Source: Chrysemys picta bellii (lineage: Eukaryota). Taken from it: a DNA stretch of 64,000 bases. Numbering within the stretch: the stretch's first letter is position 1; every line of letters starts with the position of its first letter. Below, one piece after another: positions 43,896 through 57,879 of this stretch. A program made the translations under genes and the position numbers. Location of the stretch: positions 2,604,001-2,668,000 of the forward strand of contig NC_088806.1 of the NCBI RefSeq assembly GCF_011386835.1, given 5' to 3'. The notes beneath the pieces are model-generated. The model worked only from the letters and a program-made list of their open reading frames with translations, did no database searches and was not told where the DNA came from.

Positions 43896-46800
43896 AGGCT
43901 GACATAGTCCGAGAAAGCATAGGGACCACGGCAGCAGGCTGGCTACCGGGCTAGATGGGCCCGTCACTCTGACCTGTCTGGACTGCCCTCTCTGCCTTCC
44001 TGGCCTTCCCCCGTCTCCCCCTGGCCCACGGCCCGGCTGCCGCCTTGGGGCCGTGACTCACCCCGGCCCTCCGGGTTCACTGGGGTGTGTGTTTCTGTCC
44101 GGGCGGGGGGGGCAGGGATGACATCTTCGCACCTGTTTCCTGCTTCAATGACTGTTGCGGAAGGAGCTGGGGGGGCACCCCCATCTCCGCACCCCACCCC
44201 GCCCCCTTTGCCGGCTCTGAGGCACAGGAAGGAAATCCGGCCAGCTGGGCTCTGGCCACAGCAGAGAACCGCTGGCTGAGACCGGAGCCCCGCTGAGCCT
44301 GGGGGGGTGGAGGATGGGGAGGCACCCCAGCATTAGCCCCCCCCAACTCCTGTGGGGGGGGGCTGTTGGGGGTTGCGAGGGCCTGTGAAGTTGGGGGCTG
44401 TGTCTTGGCTGCCTGTGGGTGAGGCAGGGGAAATCTTCTCGGGTGCGGGGCAGTACGGGGGCCAGGACACACAATGTTACCTAGAGGATGCCAGCTCCCA
44501 TCCAGCCCCAGGGCAGGGACTGGCTGGCTCAGGGGGGCAGGGAATGGGGCACAGGGCCTTTCCCCTGTCCCCCGGTCCCCATCCCCTCCAGAAGTGAACC
44601 TCATCACAGATCAAGGAGTGCAATTGTCTACACCTGCTGTGCAGGGGGGACCTGGATTAATAATCGAAGGTGCCTGATTTTGTGTTAAAGGTGTAGGACT
44701 CCTGGGTTCTCTCCCTGGCTCTATGAGGGGAGCGGGGGCTGGTGGGTCAGAGCAGGGGGGCTGGGAGCCAGGACTCCTGGGTTCTCTCCCCGGCTCTGGG
44801 AGGTGAGTGGGGGCGCTGGGAGCCAGGACTCCTGGGTTCTCTCCCCGGCTCTGGGAGGGGAGTGGGGGCTGGTGGGTTAGAGCGGGGGGGCTGGGAGCCA
44901 GGACTCCTGGGTTCTCTCCCTGGCTCTGGGAGGGGAGTGGGGGCTGGTGTCTGATTCCGAATTCACCACGGGGTTGCTGAATGCAGCCCTGCCCCCACTT
45001 GCAGTTCGGGGGGGTGACTCTGGCTTGACCCCAGGGAGCCTTGATCCGAATTGAGACCCCCATTCCTGCCCCCCCATCCCCACCCCCACGCTCTGCAGGA
45101 AGCTCCGAGCTCAGGCAGTGACGCTGTGCAGGGACCCTGGCAGGACACAGCTGCCCGGGGTCCATTGTTAGGGCAGGAAGCTGGGATGGGGCGTGTCTGT
45201 GGGCCCCCCCTGGCCCTCTTCAGTGAGCACAGACAGCAGGACAGGGGGCCCGGACGCCTGGGTTCTCTCCCGGCTCTGGGAGGGGAGTGAGGGCTGGTGG
45301 GTTAGAGCAGGGGGGGCTGGGAGCCAGGACTCCTGGGTTCTCTCCCTGGCTCTGGGAGGGGAGTGAGGGCTGGTGGGTTAGAGCAGGGGGGGCTGGGAGC
45401 CAGGACTCCTGGGTTCCATCCCAAAGAGCTTATGGGTGAGTTCTTTTCCAGCTAAGAAAAGTGGGGTGGGGGTGACACCCCCATTCTCTTTGTCGGGCTG
45501 CAGTACTTCAGCTGCTTCGTGGGGCTCTGTGTCTGCCCAGCACCCCGCTTGTCCGCTCTGAGGGAACTGGCCTCCCCCAGGCCAGCCCAGCACAACCCCT
45601 GGGGCTCTTTAGCTTCTCTCCCACCCCAGAGGAAGACGCAGGAGCTTTGCAGGCTGTGGATTTCCAGGGGCAGAGGGTGGGTGGAGAGAAAAGAGGGACT
45701 GGCCCAAGGGTAAACAATGAGTTTGCAGCAGATCGGGGGAGAGAACCCAGGAGTCCTGGATCCCAGCCCCCCTGCTCTAACCACCAGGCCCCGCTCCCCT
45801 CCCAGAGCCGGGGAGAGAACCCAGGAGTCCTGGCTCCCAGCCCCCCCTGCTCTAACCACCAGACCCCACTCCCCTCCCAGAGCCGGGGAGAGAACCAAGG
45901 AGTCCTGGCTCCCAGCCCCCCCTGCTCTAACCACCAGGCCCCATTCCCCTTCCAGAGCCAGGGAGAGAACCCAGGAGTCCTGGCTCCCAGCCCCCCCTGC
46001 TCTAACCACCAGGCCCCATTCCCCTTCCAGAGCCAGGGAGAGAACCCAGGAGTCCTGGCTCCCAGCCCCCCTGCTCTAACCCACCAGACCCCACTGCCCT
46101 CCCAGAGCCAGGGAGAGAACCCAGGAGTCCTGGCTCCCAGTCCCCCCCTGCTCTAACCCACCAGACCCCACTGCCCTGCGAGAGTCAAATGGTAAAACTA
46201 AAGACTGGATCCCGGAAGAACTGGTCATCCAGTCCCCGCAAGGGACACTGGATTGAGGTAGCTGGGTGGGATCTGTTGTGGGCATTTGTGTCTGAGTGAG
46301 GACTTTCTTTCCTTTCCTCTTCTTCCCCCACCCCCAGAGGTGGCTGCATCTCAGTGCTGGGAGCATTGGCCCCAGGGCGGCGCTAGGGGGCGCTGTGGGG
46401 TAGGGAGTGGGGCAGGGGGGGCTCAGCAGGGGGCACTCTCCCCTGGCAGGGGGCTGGCCCCAGGGTGGCGCTGTGGGGCAGGGAGCGGGGCAGGGGGCTC
46501 AGCGGGGGGCGCTCTCCCCTGGCAGGGGGCTGGCCCCAGGGTGGCGCTGTGGGGCAGGGAGCGGGGCAGGGGGCTCAGCGGGGGGCGCTCTCCACAGACA
46601 GGCAGGGCCTTGCTAAACAAAATCCACCAGTGCCTCTGTCCAAAACAGCTTTATTGAAAGCAGCCACCGAGCCGCGGGTTGAGGTGCTACAGGGTGTGGG
46701 GCCAGAACCAGCTTTTGACAGATACCCCCAAATCCGCTCAAAATACACCCCCAACCCCCGCCCGACCCAAACCCCTCCCCCACCGGACCACTGAGGCGGA

Positions 46801-47035
46801 GCCGTGACTTGAAAGTACATTTTGTCCCGCAGTGTTCGGTGTCAATATAGAATAGTCCCACCTCTGCAAGTTACCCCCGTTTGCATGTTTCCCAGCAACA
46901 TATGCTTGTAGCTGGGGGTGGGGCAGGGGGTGGGGCAGGGGGTGTTCAAATCCCAGAAGAACTACGAGGGGGTGGCAGGAGGTTAAATCTGCCACTGCAC
47001 CTCTCCAGTAGCCAGCACTAGGAATAACTGTTACA

Positions 47036-47315
47036 TTTCCCCTCTAGGGGGCGCCAGCTTCCATCCGGCCCCAGGCCAGGGACTGGCTGGCTCAAAGGAG
47101 CAGGGAATGGGGCACGGGGCTGGTCCCCTCTAGGGGGCGCCAGCTTCCATCCGGCCCCAGGCCAGGGACTGGCTGGCTCAAGGGAGCAGGGAATGGGGCA
47201 CGGGGCCGGTCCCCTCTAGGGGGCGCCGGCTCCATATCCAGCCCCATGACAGGGCGACTGGCCAGCTCAGGGGGTGGGGGATGGGACACGGGGCCTGTCC
47301 CCTCTAGGCTGCCCT
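47036..47315 (+). repeat. 86-bp tandem repeat carrying CCTCTAGGGGGCGC
   Basis: Motif at 47041, 47127 and 47213. The same family occurs inverted at 55200-55645. Confidence 0.88.
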
Positions 47316-47499
47316 GTGTATCTACCCAGCGGCAAAGACTACCTTGGTAATGGGAACCGGTCCCATCGTTGGGTGAACCTGTGCGTGATAGAGAGAAGAA
47401 CTGACCCCGACTAGGTTGGGAGTAGGAGATGGGAGATGTGTGTGTTCCTGGTCCGTCTACAGTCCCGTTGTGTGGATGGTCACCTGATCCCAACCTATC

Positions 47500-50450
47500 A
47501 GGTCTAGACTACTCCTAGGCTAGCCAATCTAAACCACCCAACCTTCTAGACTGGATTAGCCATTCTAGAAAGTGCTAGCCTTCCTAGGCTAGTCATTCTA
47601 GATGGTGCTATATGGGTCCAGGCTGCGGTATCCCTGCCTAAGCTATCAATTCTAGATTGGCCGATCTGTTCTAGACTATGCTATCCATTCATATGTCATC
47701 AGTTCTAGACTATACTATCCATTCTAGATGGTGCTATATGGTCCAGGCTGCGGCATCCCTTCCTAAGCTATGGTTTCTAGATTTGGGCTATCATTCTAGA
47801 CTGGGCTGTCCATACCTAGGTTATCAGTACTAGACTGTGCAGTCCTGGGTGGTGTTATCCATTTCTTGTTCATGAATTCTAGACTACGCTTGCCATCCTA
47901 GGTTGTACTCTCCATTATAGGCAGCACAGTCTGTTCCAGACAGCACAAACTGTTCAGAGACTATGTGTTCTAGATTGTGTTTTCATTCTAGACAGGTCTT
48001 TTCATTCCTAGGCAATCCGTTCTAGGCTGGCATAACCCTTCCCAATCTATTGATTCTCGATTGGGCAATCTGTTCTAGACCACGCAATCCATTCCTATGT
48101 CATCAGTTCTAGAATGGACTATCTATTCTAGACTTTACTCTACATTGATTGTAGGTTCCATTATCCATTCTACGCCACACTATCTATTCCTAAAAAAACA
48201 ACAAGGAGTTGTTTGTGTGGATACAGACTAACACGGCTACCCGCTGATATTTGTATCCATTCCTAGGTTGTTTTAGACTATGCTATTCTAGACTCTCTTT
48301 TCCCATTTGTTTTTCCCCCTGGCAATTGGAAGGCAATAAACTTCCCACCTCATTCCAAAACCACAGCTCCCTCCCTTTTCCCCACATACCGTGAAGCACC
48401 AGAGGTTCCAGACCTCTTCTGGAGCAGCAAAGACCAGTTGTTGCTGAAGTTTTGAGCTTTATTCTAGGGCCACTGTGATCCCAGATCCCTCTCTTGCCCC
48501 AGTAACCTGCTCTGACTTTAATTGTTTTGGGGGAGTAGGGGATGGGGTCTCAGTCCTTGCAACGTATTGCATCAGTTCTTCTGTTCCCCCACCCGTGCCA
48601 TATATCTTCCACCCTGCAGTATTCCAGATCCAGAGGGATTCCTGATTGAATGATACAGCCCATCAATCAGTTGTGTTCTACACTCATCCAATGACAATCT
48701 AGAACCTTAGCTGGGACCAGAGACTCTGCGTCACTCTAGCTTTGGTCTCCAGAACTTGAGCTTTCGGGGTTGGACTAGATGACCTCCTGAGGTCCCTTCC
48801 AACCCTGATATTCTATGATTCTATGAAATGCCCAAAGGCCATCTGGCAAAGTGAATATGGAAGGGTTACAGATTAATAATCTAGAACCCCTGCTCCAGAA
48901 GCCCTTGAGCTGAGCGGTTCCACAATCTGGAGACAGAGACTCCAAAGAACCTAAAACCCAGGATCTGGTAGACAGGAGGCCTCAGAGGTTCTAGTATCTG
49001 GAGAGGTATTATTGAGAAAAAGGCCTGGAAGTCAGGAACCCATAGCCAGACAACCTCAGAGGCAATATGTGATGGGGGCCTGGATCATCTACATTTTAAC
49101 AATCCAGAACCTCTGCTCCTGAAACCTTTGATTCGAGAGGCTCCAGACTCGGTGGATGGAATATTTAGATTCAGAAAATACAGATTCTGGAACCCAGGAT
49201 TCCGTAAAGAGAAGACCTCAGAGGATCTGGACTCTGGAGCTGGAATATGTAGACTCCAGAAGAACACAGTCTAGAACCCACAATCCAGTAGACAAGACAC
49301 CTCAAATGTTCTGGATCCCATGATCCCATATCCAGATAAATGTGGGTGTTCTACACTCAGATGGTGGAACATTTAAATGCTGGATAACATAGCCCTGAAC
49401 ACCGGATACCTTAGGTTCTAGACTCCAACCAGATAATCTCCAGAATGTCCCCAGACTTTAGAATCAAACTCCTTGCTTTGCTACACCTCACGCTTCCAGA
49501 GATCTCCAACACATCAAGAACCCTTTTGCAACGGACCTGCCCCAATATGACTCTAGGACCATCTAGAGCGGGCAACTAACTAACACAGGGTCAAGTGGCC
49601 GAGCTACAAACGCCTTTTCCATTTGCTCCAAGCACTAACATTGCAAAGCAAATTAAAAGTAACAAAAAATACACCCCTCAACTTGGGGAGTAATTAAAAA
49701 AATATAGATAGATACGGGTCAGAAAAAGCCACTGTCAGCAAAAAAATACATTTAATTCTTTAAAGAACCTTTGTGAAAAAGAAAAGACAACACCTTAAAC
49801 CAGCATCAAGCTGGAGTCACCAGTTGTCCATAGAGACATTGTAGGTAGGGGAAAGCTTAACTGGAGTGACTCTGTATTAAAACTGGTTTAAACAAAACTC
49901 TGGAGTCACCAGTTGTCCATAGAGACTTCTAGGGTAGGCTAGATCTTCAGTAAAGACTCTGTAGACAAATGGTGAATCTGGATTTTAGTAAAATCAGAGT
50001 CAATCCAGAGTCAATCCACAGAAGTTTAGAGACTGGACAAGAATGTCTTTGAGGTCTTCATGGACAGCTAGTGACTCCTGATTTTGATTAAACTGCTGTC
50101 AAACCAGAGACATCCGGTGTCCCTAAAGATGTCCAACCTCGCTGAGAACTTAACTGGAGTGCCTCGGGGTTGACACTAGTGTCACCAAAACTGCAGCGCT
50201 ACAATGAGCTGGCTAGAGAGACTTCCAGGGTGGTTAAATCAGTCACTCCTCCCAGATTTAGATCGTGATTAGAACTTCACTGAAGTCTAGGCACAACTGG
50301 CAACTGCTGATTTCAGTTAAGCCAACATCAAGCCAGCGTCATCAGTTGTCCATGGCGATGTCCAGGGTGGGAGAGAATTCAGAGTGACTCTGGATTGAAA
50401 CCGGTTTAACCAAATGAGATATTGTCTTCCAGAAGAAAACATAAATCAAT
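47500..50450. repeat. Degenerate CTAG/TCTAGA-rich and about 100-bp repeats downstream of BCL6B
   Basis: Dense TTCTAGA variants at 47500-48300 and 48700-49500. CTGGAGTCACCAGTTGTCCATAGAGAC-type units at 49800-50400. Confidence 0.55.
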
Positions 50451-51142
50451 TGAAAATTAAGTAGCTAAGACAAGTGGGGGGTGTGGTCTCTCAGGATGCT
50501 CTGCCTGCAGAGCTCTGACATCACTTCCTGTGCCACACTTAAAGAACCCAGGACTCCTGGGTTCTCTCCCCAGCTCTGGGAGGGGAGTGGGGGCTGGTGG
50601 GTTAGAGCAGGGGGGGCTGGGAGCCAGGACTCCTGGGTTCCCTCCCCAGCTCTGGGAGGGGAGTGGTGTGTTAGTGCAGGGGGGGCTGGGAGCCAGGACT
50701 CCTGGGTTCTCTCCCCAGCTCTGGGAGGGGAGTGGTGTGTTAGTGCAGGGGGGGCTGGGAGCCAGGACTCCTGGGTTCCCTCCCCAGCTTGGGGGGGGGG
50801 CAGGCAAAATGGCAGACCCACTTTAAAACACAGGGTGCATATACACTCTGTCCACACACACACACGGAGAACTGGGTCCTCTATAGACTAGAGAGACCAC
50901 CCTCCTGCATCCCATAGCCCCCCCACGTCCCATAGCACCCCAGCCCAGACGCCACAGGACAACACATGCCATGAAAGGGGTTCACGACCAGCGGGCCCCT
51001 CCTGACGGGACAGGAATTCCCCCTACCCCGAGACAACGCTCCCTGCTGGCAGGAGCGAAGGTGGCAGCCATGCAGGGTGGGGGAGGAGAGCGGTGTCTCT
51101 CTCCTGCCCCCTGATGGGAGGGGGAGGAAGCGCGGTCCCCGT

Positions 51143-51274
51143 TCAGCAGCGGGCGCCGGACGGGCCGGCCAGCACCGCGTAGCGAATCTTGGTGTTGGTG
51201 ACGGCCCCGTGCTTCTGCCGCAGGTGCAAGCGCAGCTGGCTCTTGTGCCGGAAGTGCAGGTGGCAGGTCTCGCA
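51143..51274 (-). CDS. BCL6B: BCL6B terminal coding exon (last zinc finger)
   Basis: CETCHLHFRHKSQLRLHLRQKHGAVTNTKIRYAVLAGPSGARC*; CAG acceptor. Confidence 0.95.
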   Translation of the reverse strand, partial: CETCHLHFRHKSQLRLHLRQKHGAVTNTKIRYAVLAGPSGARC

Positions 51275-51366
51275 CTGCGGGGGGGCCACAAGAGAGCAGG
51301 GGTCAGCGCCCTGAGCTGGGGGGGGGAGAACCCAGGAGTCCGGGCTCCCAGCCCCCCCCTGCTCTA

Positions 51367-52167
<801 letters not shown>

Positions 52168-52193
52168 TTACCACCATTAGATGTTGGCCCTTA

Positions 52194-52469
<276 letters not shown>

Positions 52470-52589
52470 CTAGGGGGTGGCACAGCCCCCCACCGTTCTC
52501 CTGTTCCGCACAGCCTCCCGTCCCCTCCCACTGACCCCTCTCACAATCCCCTGACCCCCTTCCTGTCCCCTCTTTGGCCCCTCCCACCT

Positions 52590-53525
52590 CCCTTCTGACC
52601 CCTCTCCATGAGCCCTCCAACTGCCCCTGACCACTCCCACCTCCCCTGGACCGCTCCCCCTGATCCCTTCCTGACTCCACCCACCTCCCCTTGTTCCTCC
52701 CACCTCCCATTGACCCCTCCCCCTGATCGCTTCCTGACTCCACCCACCTCCCCTGTTCCTCCCACCTCCCATTGACCCCTCCCCCTGATCGCTTCCTGAC
52801 TCCACCCACCTCCCCTGTTCCTCCCACCTCCCATTGACCCCTCCCCCTGATCGCTTTCTGACTCCACCCACCTCCCCTTGTTCCTCCCACCTCCCATTGA
52901 CCCCTCCCCCTGATCGCTTCCTGACTCCACCCACCTCCCCTTGTTCCTCCCATCTCCCATTGACCCCTCCCCCGATCGCTTCCTGACTCCACCCACCTCC
53001 CCTGTTCCTCCCACCTCCCATTGACCCCTCCCCCAATCGCTTCCTGACTCCACCCACCTCCCCTTGTTCCTCCCACCTCCCATTGACCCCTCCCCCTGAT
53101 CGCTTCCTGACTCCACCCATCTCCCCTGTTCCTCCCACCTCCCATTGACCCCTCCCCCTGATCGCTTCCTGACTCCACCCACCTCCCCTTGTTCCTCCCA
53201 CCTCCCATTGACCCCTCCCCCTGATCGCTTCCTCACTCCACCCACCTCCCCTGTTCCTCCCACCTCCCACTGACCCCTCCCCCTGATCGCTTCCTGACTC
53301 CACCCACCTCCCCTTGTTCCTCCCACCTCCCATTGACCCCTCCCCCTGATCGCTTCCTGACTCCACCCACCTCCCCTGTTCCTCCCACCTCCCATTGACC
53401 CCTCCCCCAATCACTTCCTGACTCCACCCACCTCATCTGGTCCCTCCCATTGACCCCTCCCCCTGGTCCCTTCCTGACTCCATCCACCTCACCTGGTCCC
53501 TCCCACTTCCCATTGACCCCTCTCA
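52590..53525. repeat. About 61-bp C-rich intronic tandem repeat
   Basis: CTCCCATTGACCCCTCCCCCTGATCGCTTCCTGACTCCACCCACCTCCCC... about 14 units. Confidence 0.92.
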
Positions 53526-53577
53526 CCCCTCCCCACCCCCACCCCTCTCCCAGGTCCCGCCCCTCAGCGCTCCATAC

Positions 53578-53766
53578 CGGTGTGGACGGCGCGGTGGGAG
53601 GCCAGGTTGCCCTTGTAGCGAAAGGCTGAGCGGCAGAGCTGGCACTTGAACGGTTTGTTGTCGTGGGGGGCGGCCGCCGGGGCCTGCCCCCCGGCCGCCC
53701 CCCCTTCCTCCCCCTCCTCCTCGTCCAGGCCCAGCTCGCAGGCCCCGCAGCCGTATGGCCCTGCAC
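53578..53766 (-). CDS. BCL6B: BCL6B exon with first zinc finger (189 nt)
   Basis: GAGPYGCGACELGL...HDNKPFKCQLCRSAFRYKGNLASHRAVHT. Confidence 0.94.
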
Positions 53767-53819
53767 CTGCGGAGGAGGGGTGAGAAGGTTCAGGGCATGG
53801 CCCGGGGGGCTCCCCAATA

Positions 53820-54250
53820 CTCAGAGCCCACTCCGCAGCATATGGGGCTGTCTGACCCCCAAACAGAGTGTATGGGACCGGCCCCTCCCCCCACCCCAGA
53901 TGTGTATGGGACCGGCCCCTCCCCTGCCCCACAGCGCATATGGGACCAGCCCCTCCCTCACCCCACAGCGTGTATGGGACCGGCTCCTCCCTCACCCCAC
54001 AGTGCGTATGGGACCGGCTCCTCCCTCACCCCACAGTGCGTATCAGACCGGCCCCTCCCTCACCCCACAGCGTGTATGGGACCGGCCCCTCCCCCACCCC
54101 ACAGTGCGTATCAGACCGGCTCCTCCCCCACCCCACAGCGTGTATGGGACCGGCCCCTACCCCCACAGTGTGTATATGAGACCAGTCCCTCCCCCCCACC
54201 CCACAGCGCGTATGGGACCGGCCCCTCCCCCCTCCCAGTGCATGGGCCTG
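53820..54250. repeat. About 33-bp intronic repeat (GTATGGGACCGGCCCCTCCC...CACAG); also at 54400-54620
   Basis: Recurrent ATGGGACCGG units. Confidence 0.82.
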
Positions 54251-54272
54251 AGCCCCCTTCCTCGCCCCTCAC

Positions 54273-54346
54273 CTGCTGCGGGCTGGGGCGGCCCCTGGGG
54301 AAGGCGCTGGGTGCACAGGGGGCACGGTGATGGGGCGGGGGGCGGC
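54273..54346 (-). CDS. BCL6B: BCL6B short linker exon (74 nt)
   Basis: CCCCGCAG|G CCG CCC ... GCA G|GTGAGG. Phase 2 in and phase 1 out, exactly bridging the flanking exons. The sequence itself is poorly conserved. Confidence 0.75.
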
Positions 54347-54643
54347 CTGCGGGGAGATGGGAAAGGGAGGGGCTTAGCTATCAAGAGGCATAGCTCCTCC
54401 CCCCCCTCAGCATATGGAACAAGTGCCTCTCCTCCCCCCACCGGCTCAGCATATGGACCGGGTGCCTCTCCCCCGCAATATATGGGACCTGGCACCCCTC
54501 TCAACTGATGTACGGGACCGGGCACCCCTCCCCCACTCAGTGTATGGGACTGGGCGCTCCTCCCCCTCCCAGCGTATATGGGACCAGGTGCCCCTCCCCC
54601 GTATATGGGACCGGTCGCCCCTCCCCCCAGCTCAGCAACTCAC

Positions 54644-55135
54644 CCGCAGGGGGCGCTGTCATGCTGGGTCCTGGGGCCGCCCTCGTCTTCCCCGCCACGG
54701 CAGACGCCTCGGTCTCCACCGGCCGGGGGCTCGGGAGGGGACAGGGGGCCGGGGGGCTGGGGACCGGCCCCGCCTCCTCCCCCCACCCCCTCCTCCCGCA
54801 GGGAGTTCAGGACGATGAACTTGTATTTCTTCCAGTTGCAGGCTTTGGGGTCGGGGACGCAGCCGCTGGACTCGCGGGGGGTGGCGGGGTGCCCCTTGGA
54901 GCGCGACGGGCTGTGGGGGGGGCCCCGCTCCCCCCCTGGGGGTGCCCCTCCAGAATCCTTCGCCGGAGGCCTGGCTGGAACCGATCGCAGGGGGGCCCCT
55001 GGGCTCGGCCCCTCTGGGTGGAGACCCCCTGCGGGCACCGTCCCACTGGCGTCTGGAGGTCCTTGGAGGGGGTCCTGGGGCTTGGGGTCTGCTGGGGAGG
55101 GGAGCGGCTTGGAGTAGAAGCTAGCGCGGTCGTAA
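54644..55135 (-). CDS. BCL6B: BCL6B middle-region exon (492 nt) with RD2-like motif
   Basis: SYDRASF...VPDPKACNWKKYKFIVLNS...; frame checked codon by codon from the acceptor. Confidence 0.92.
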
Positions 55136-55199
55136 CTGCAAGAGAGAAGGATGAAATGAAGGGGGGCAGCTACCCACTCCCCCCCTGCTCTGAGCGAGT

Positions 55200-55645
55200 C
55201 CCCGCCCTGGGGCTGGGTGGGAGCCGGCGCCCCCTAGAGGGGACAGGCCCCTGCCCCATTCCACGCCCCCCTGAGCCAGCCAGTCCCTGCCCTGGGGCCG
55301 GGTGGGAGCCGGCGCCCCCTAGAGGGGACAGGCCCCTGCCCCGTTCCCCGCCCCCCTGAGCCAGCCAGTCCCCGCCCTGGGGCCGGGTGGGAGCCGGCGC
55401 CCCCTAGAGGGGACAGGCCCCTGCCCCATTCCCCGCCCCCCTGAGCCAGCCAGTCCCTGCCCTGGGGCCGGGTGGGAGCCAGCGCCCCCTAGAGGGGCCA
55501 GGCCCCTGCCCCATTCCCCCACCCCCCTGAGCCAGCCAGTCCCCGTCCTGGGGCCGGGTGGGAGCCAGCGCCCCCTAGAGGGGCCAGGCCCCTGCCCCAT
55601 TCCCCGCCCCCTAAGCCAGCCAGTCCCCGCCCTGGGGCGCCCCCT
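55200..55645 (-). repeat. 85-86-bp intronic tandem repeat carrying CCTCTAGGGGGCGC on the minus strand, 5 units
   Basis: Motif at 55227, 55312, 55397, 55482 and 55568. Confidence 0.9.
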
Positions 55646-55647
55646 AC

Positions 55648-55869
55648 CTGGCCTGGACGAAGCGGTGACAGGCGTCCACCACGTGCTCCATCTGCAGGTA
55701 GGTGGCAGCGCTGAGCAGGGCTGGGACGGAGGCTGGGGTGAGGGGCAGGCGGGAGGTGTACATGAAATCCAGCAGGGCCTGGAAGCCCCCGGGCTGGATG
55801 GATCCAGGCAGGGTGATGACACTGACCTCGCTGCCCCCCTGGGCCAGGAAGATGGAGTAGAAGAAGCCA
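55648..55869 (-). CDS. BCL6B: BCL6B BTB/POZ exon (222 nt)
   Basis: SGFFYSIF...FQALLDFMYTSRL...ATYLQMEHVVDACHRFVQA. Confidence 0.96.
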
Positions 55870-56794
55870 CTGGCGGGGGGTGGGGGTGTGGGGGGGGGGA
55901 GAAGGGTTAGGGGACTACAACTCCCAGACAGACCACACCTCCCCTGTGGCCACGCCTCCCCGTCCCACAATGGGGCGTGGCCCAGCCTCAGCCTCCCCAT
56001 GGCCACGCCTCCTCAGCCCCTTCTCCCCCACCCGGATAGGGGCTCAGACTCTGGCCTGGCGCCCCCAGCTGTGGATGCAGATGGGCGTGGCCCCCCCTTG
56101 CTGGGTGGTCCCACCAACTTCCAGCCATGTCACTGCCCCCCGCCCCGTGCCCCACACAGACCCGCCCCACGGCCACGATGCAAAGCCCGCCCCCATGAGC
56201 CCCTCAGCCATGCCCGCCCCCATGTCCCCACCCAGCTGCGCCCCACCCTTCCCAACTACGCCCCCTACCCGCAGTGCCCCCTCACAGCCGCGCCCACCGC
56301 TGCACAGCCACGCCCTCGCTAGCCACGCCCACTCCTTCCCAGCCCCACCCTCTCTAGCCACACAGCCACGCCCCCGCACGTTCCCAGCCCCGCCCTCTCT
56401 AGCCACACAGCCACGCCCTCTCTGGCCACGCCCTCACCCGTCCCGGCCACGCCCCTCTAACCACAGACTGATGCCCTCCCTAGCCACGCCCCCAGCCTTC
56501 CCAGCCACTCCCGTTCTAGGCACACTCAATCCTTCCCAGCCACGCCCTCTCTAGCCACGCCCTACCCCTTCCCAGCCACGCCCCCACCAGACAGAGCAAC
56601 ACCCTCTCTAGCCACGCCTCCAGCCTTGACCTCCCTGGCCACGCCCACCTCAGCCCAGCAAGCCCACTCCAGCCACGCCCCTCTAGCCCCACAACACCCG
56701 TTCACAGCAACGCCCCTCTCTAGCCACGCCCACCCCTTCCCACCCCTGCCCTCTCCGGCCACGCCCCCAGACCTTCCCAGCCCCCCCCCCTCAC

Positions 56795-56970
56795 CTGCAG
56801 GCAGCGAGCACGGCCTTGTGGGCCACCAGGGGGCGCCCCCCCACCAGCAGGGTGACGTCGGTCAGGGCGCGGCGGTGCCGGAGCTGGTCCAGGTTGAGCA
56901 GCACATCACTGGCGTGACGCGTGAACTCCCGCACGGAGCCCCCCGGACCCCGGGCCCCACCCGAGCTCAT
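56795..56970 (-). CDS. BCL6B: BCL6B first coding exon (BTB N-terminal half)
   Basis: [58 protein letters not shown]. The summed CDS is 1554 nt (517 aa). Confidence 0.95.
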
Positions 56971-57879
56971 CGTGTCTGCAGGCGAGGGGGGGGTTCCCAC
57001 AGGCCAGGGCCTGGGGGGAGACGTGGTTACTCAAAGGGGAGTCCTGGCTCCCAGCCCCCCCGCTCTAACCCACCACACCCCTTCCAAAGCCGGGGAGAGA
57101 ACCCAGGAGTCCTGGCTCCCAGCCCCCCCGCTCTAACCCACCAGCCCCCACCCCCCTTCCAAAGCCGGGGAGAGAACCCAGGAGTCCTGGCTCCCAGCCC
57201 CCCCGCTCTAACCCACCACACCCCTTCCAAAGCCGGGGAGAGAACCCAGGAGTCCTGGCTCCCAGCCCCCCCGCTCTAACCCACCAGCCCCCACCCCCCT
57301 TCCAGAGCCGGGGAGAGAACCCAGGAGTCCTGGCTCCCAGCCCCCTCTGCTCTAACCCTCCAGCCCCTGCTCCCCTGCCAGAGCCTGGTAGAGAACCCAG
57401 GAGTCCTGGCTCCCAGCGCCCCCCCTCCTCTAACCCACCAGCCCCCACCCCCCTTCCAAAGCCGGGGAGAGAACCCAGGAGTCCTGGCTCCCTGCCCCCC
57501 CTGCTCTAACCCACCAGCCCACTCTCCCCTCCTAGAGCTGGGGAGAGAACCCAGGAGTTCTGGCTCCCAGCACCCCCCCTCCTCTAGCCCACCAGCCCAC
57601 TCTCCCCTCCCAGAGCCGGGGAGAGAACCCAGGAGTCCTGGCTCCCAGTACCCCCCTCCTCTAGCCCACCAGCCCACTCTCCCCTCCCAGAGCCTGGTAG
57701 AGAACCCAGGAGTCCTGGCTCCCAGCCCCCCCCCTCCTCTAACCCACCAGCCCCCACCCCCAGAGCCGGGGAGAGAACCCAGGAGTCCTGGCTCCCAGCC
57801 CCCTGCTCCAACCCACTAGCCCCCACTCCCCTCCCAGAGCCGGGGAGAGAATCCAAGTGTCTGGGCAGTGACAGCTCAC

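Noticed and set aside
42445-43967. 494-, 267- and 244-aa ORFs
   Set aside because: Stop-poor GC-rich DNA plus the 60-bp repeat; open on both strands, with no domain similarity.
55030-55135. Apparent frameshift in the BCL6B middle exon
   Set aside because: Counting codon by codon from the acceptor shows a continuous frame into PDPKACNWKKY.
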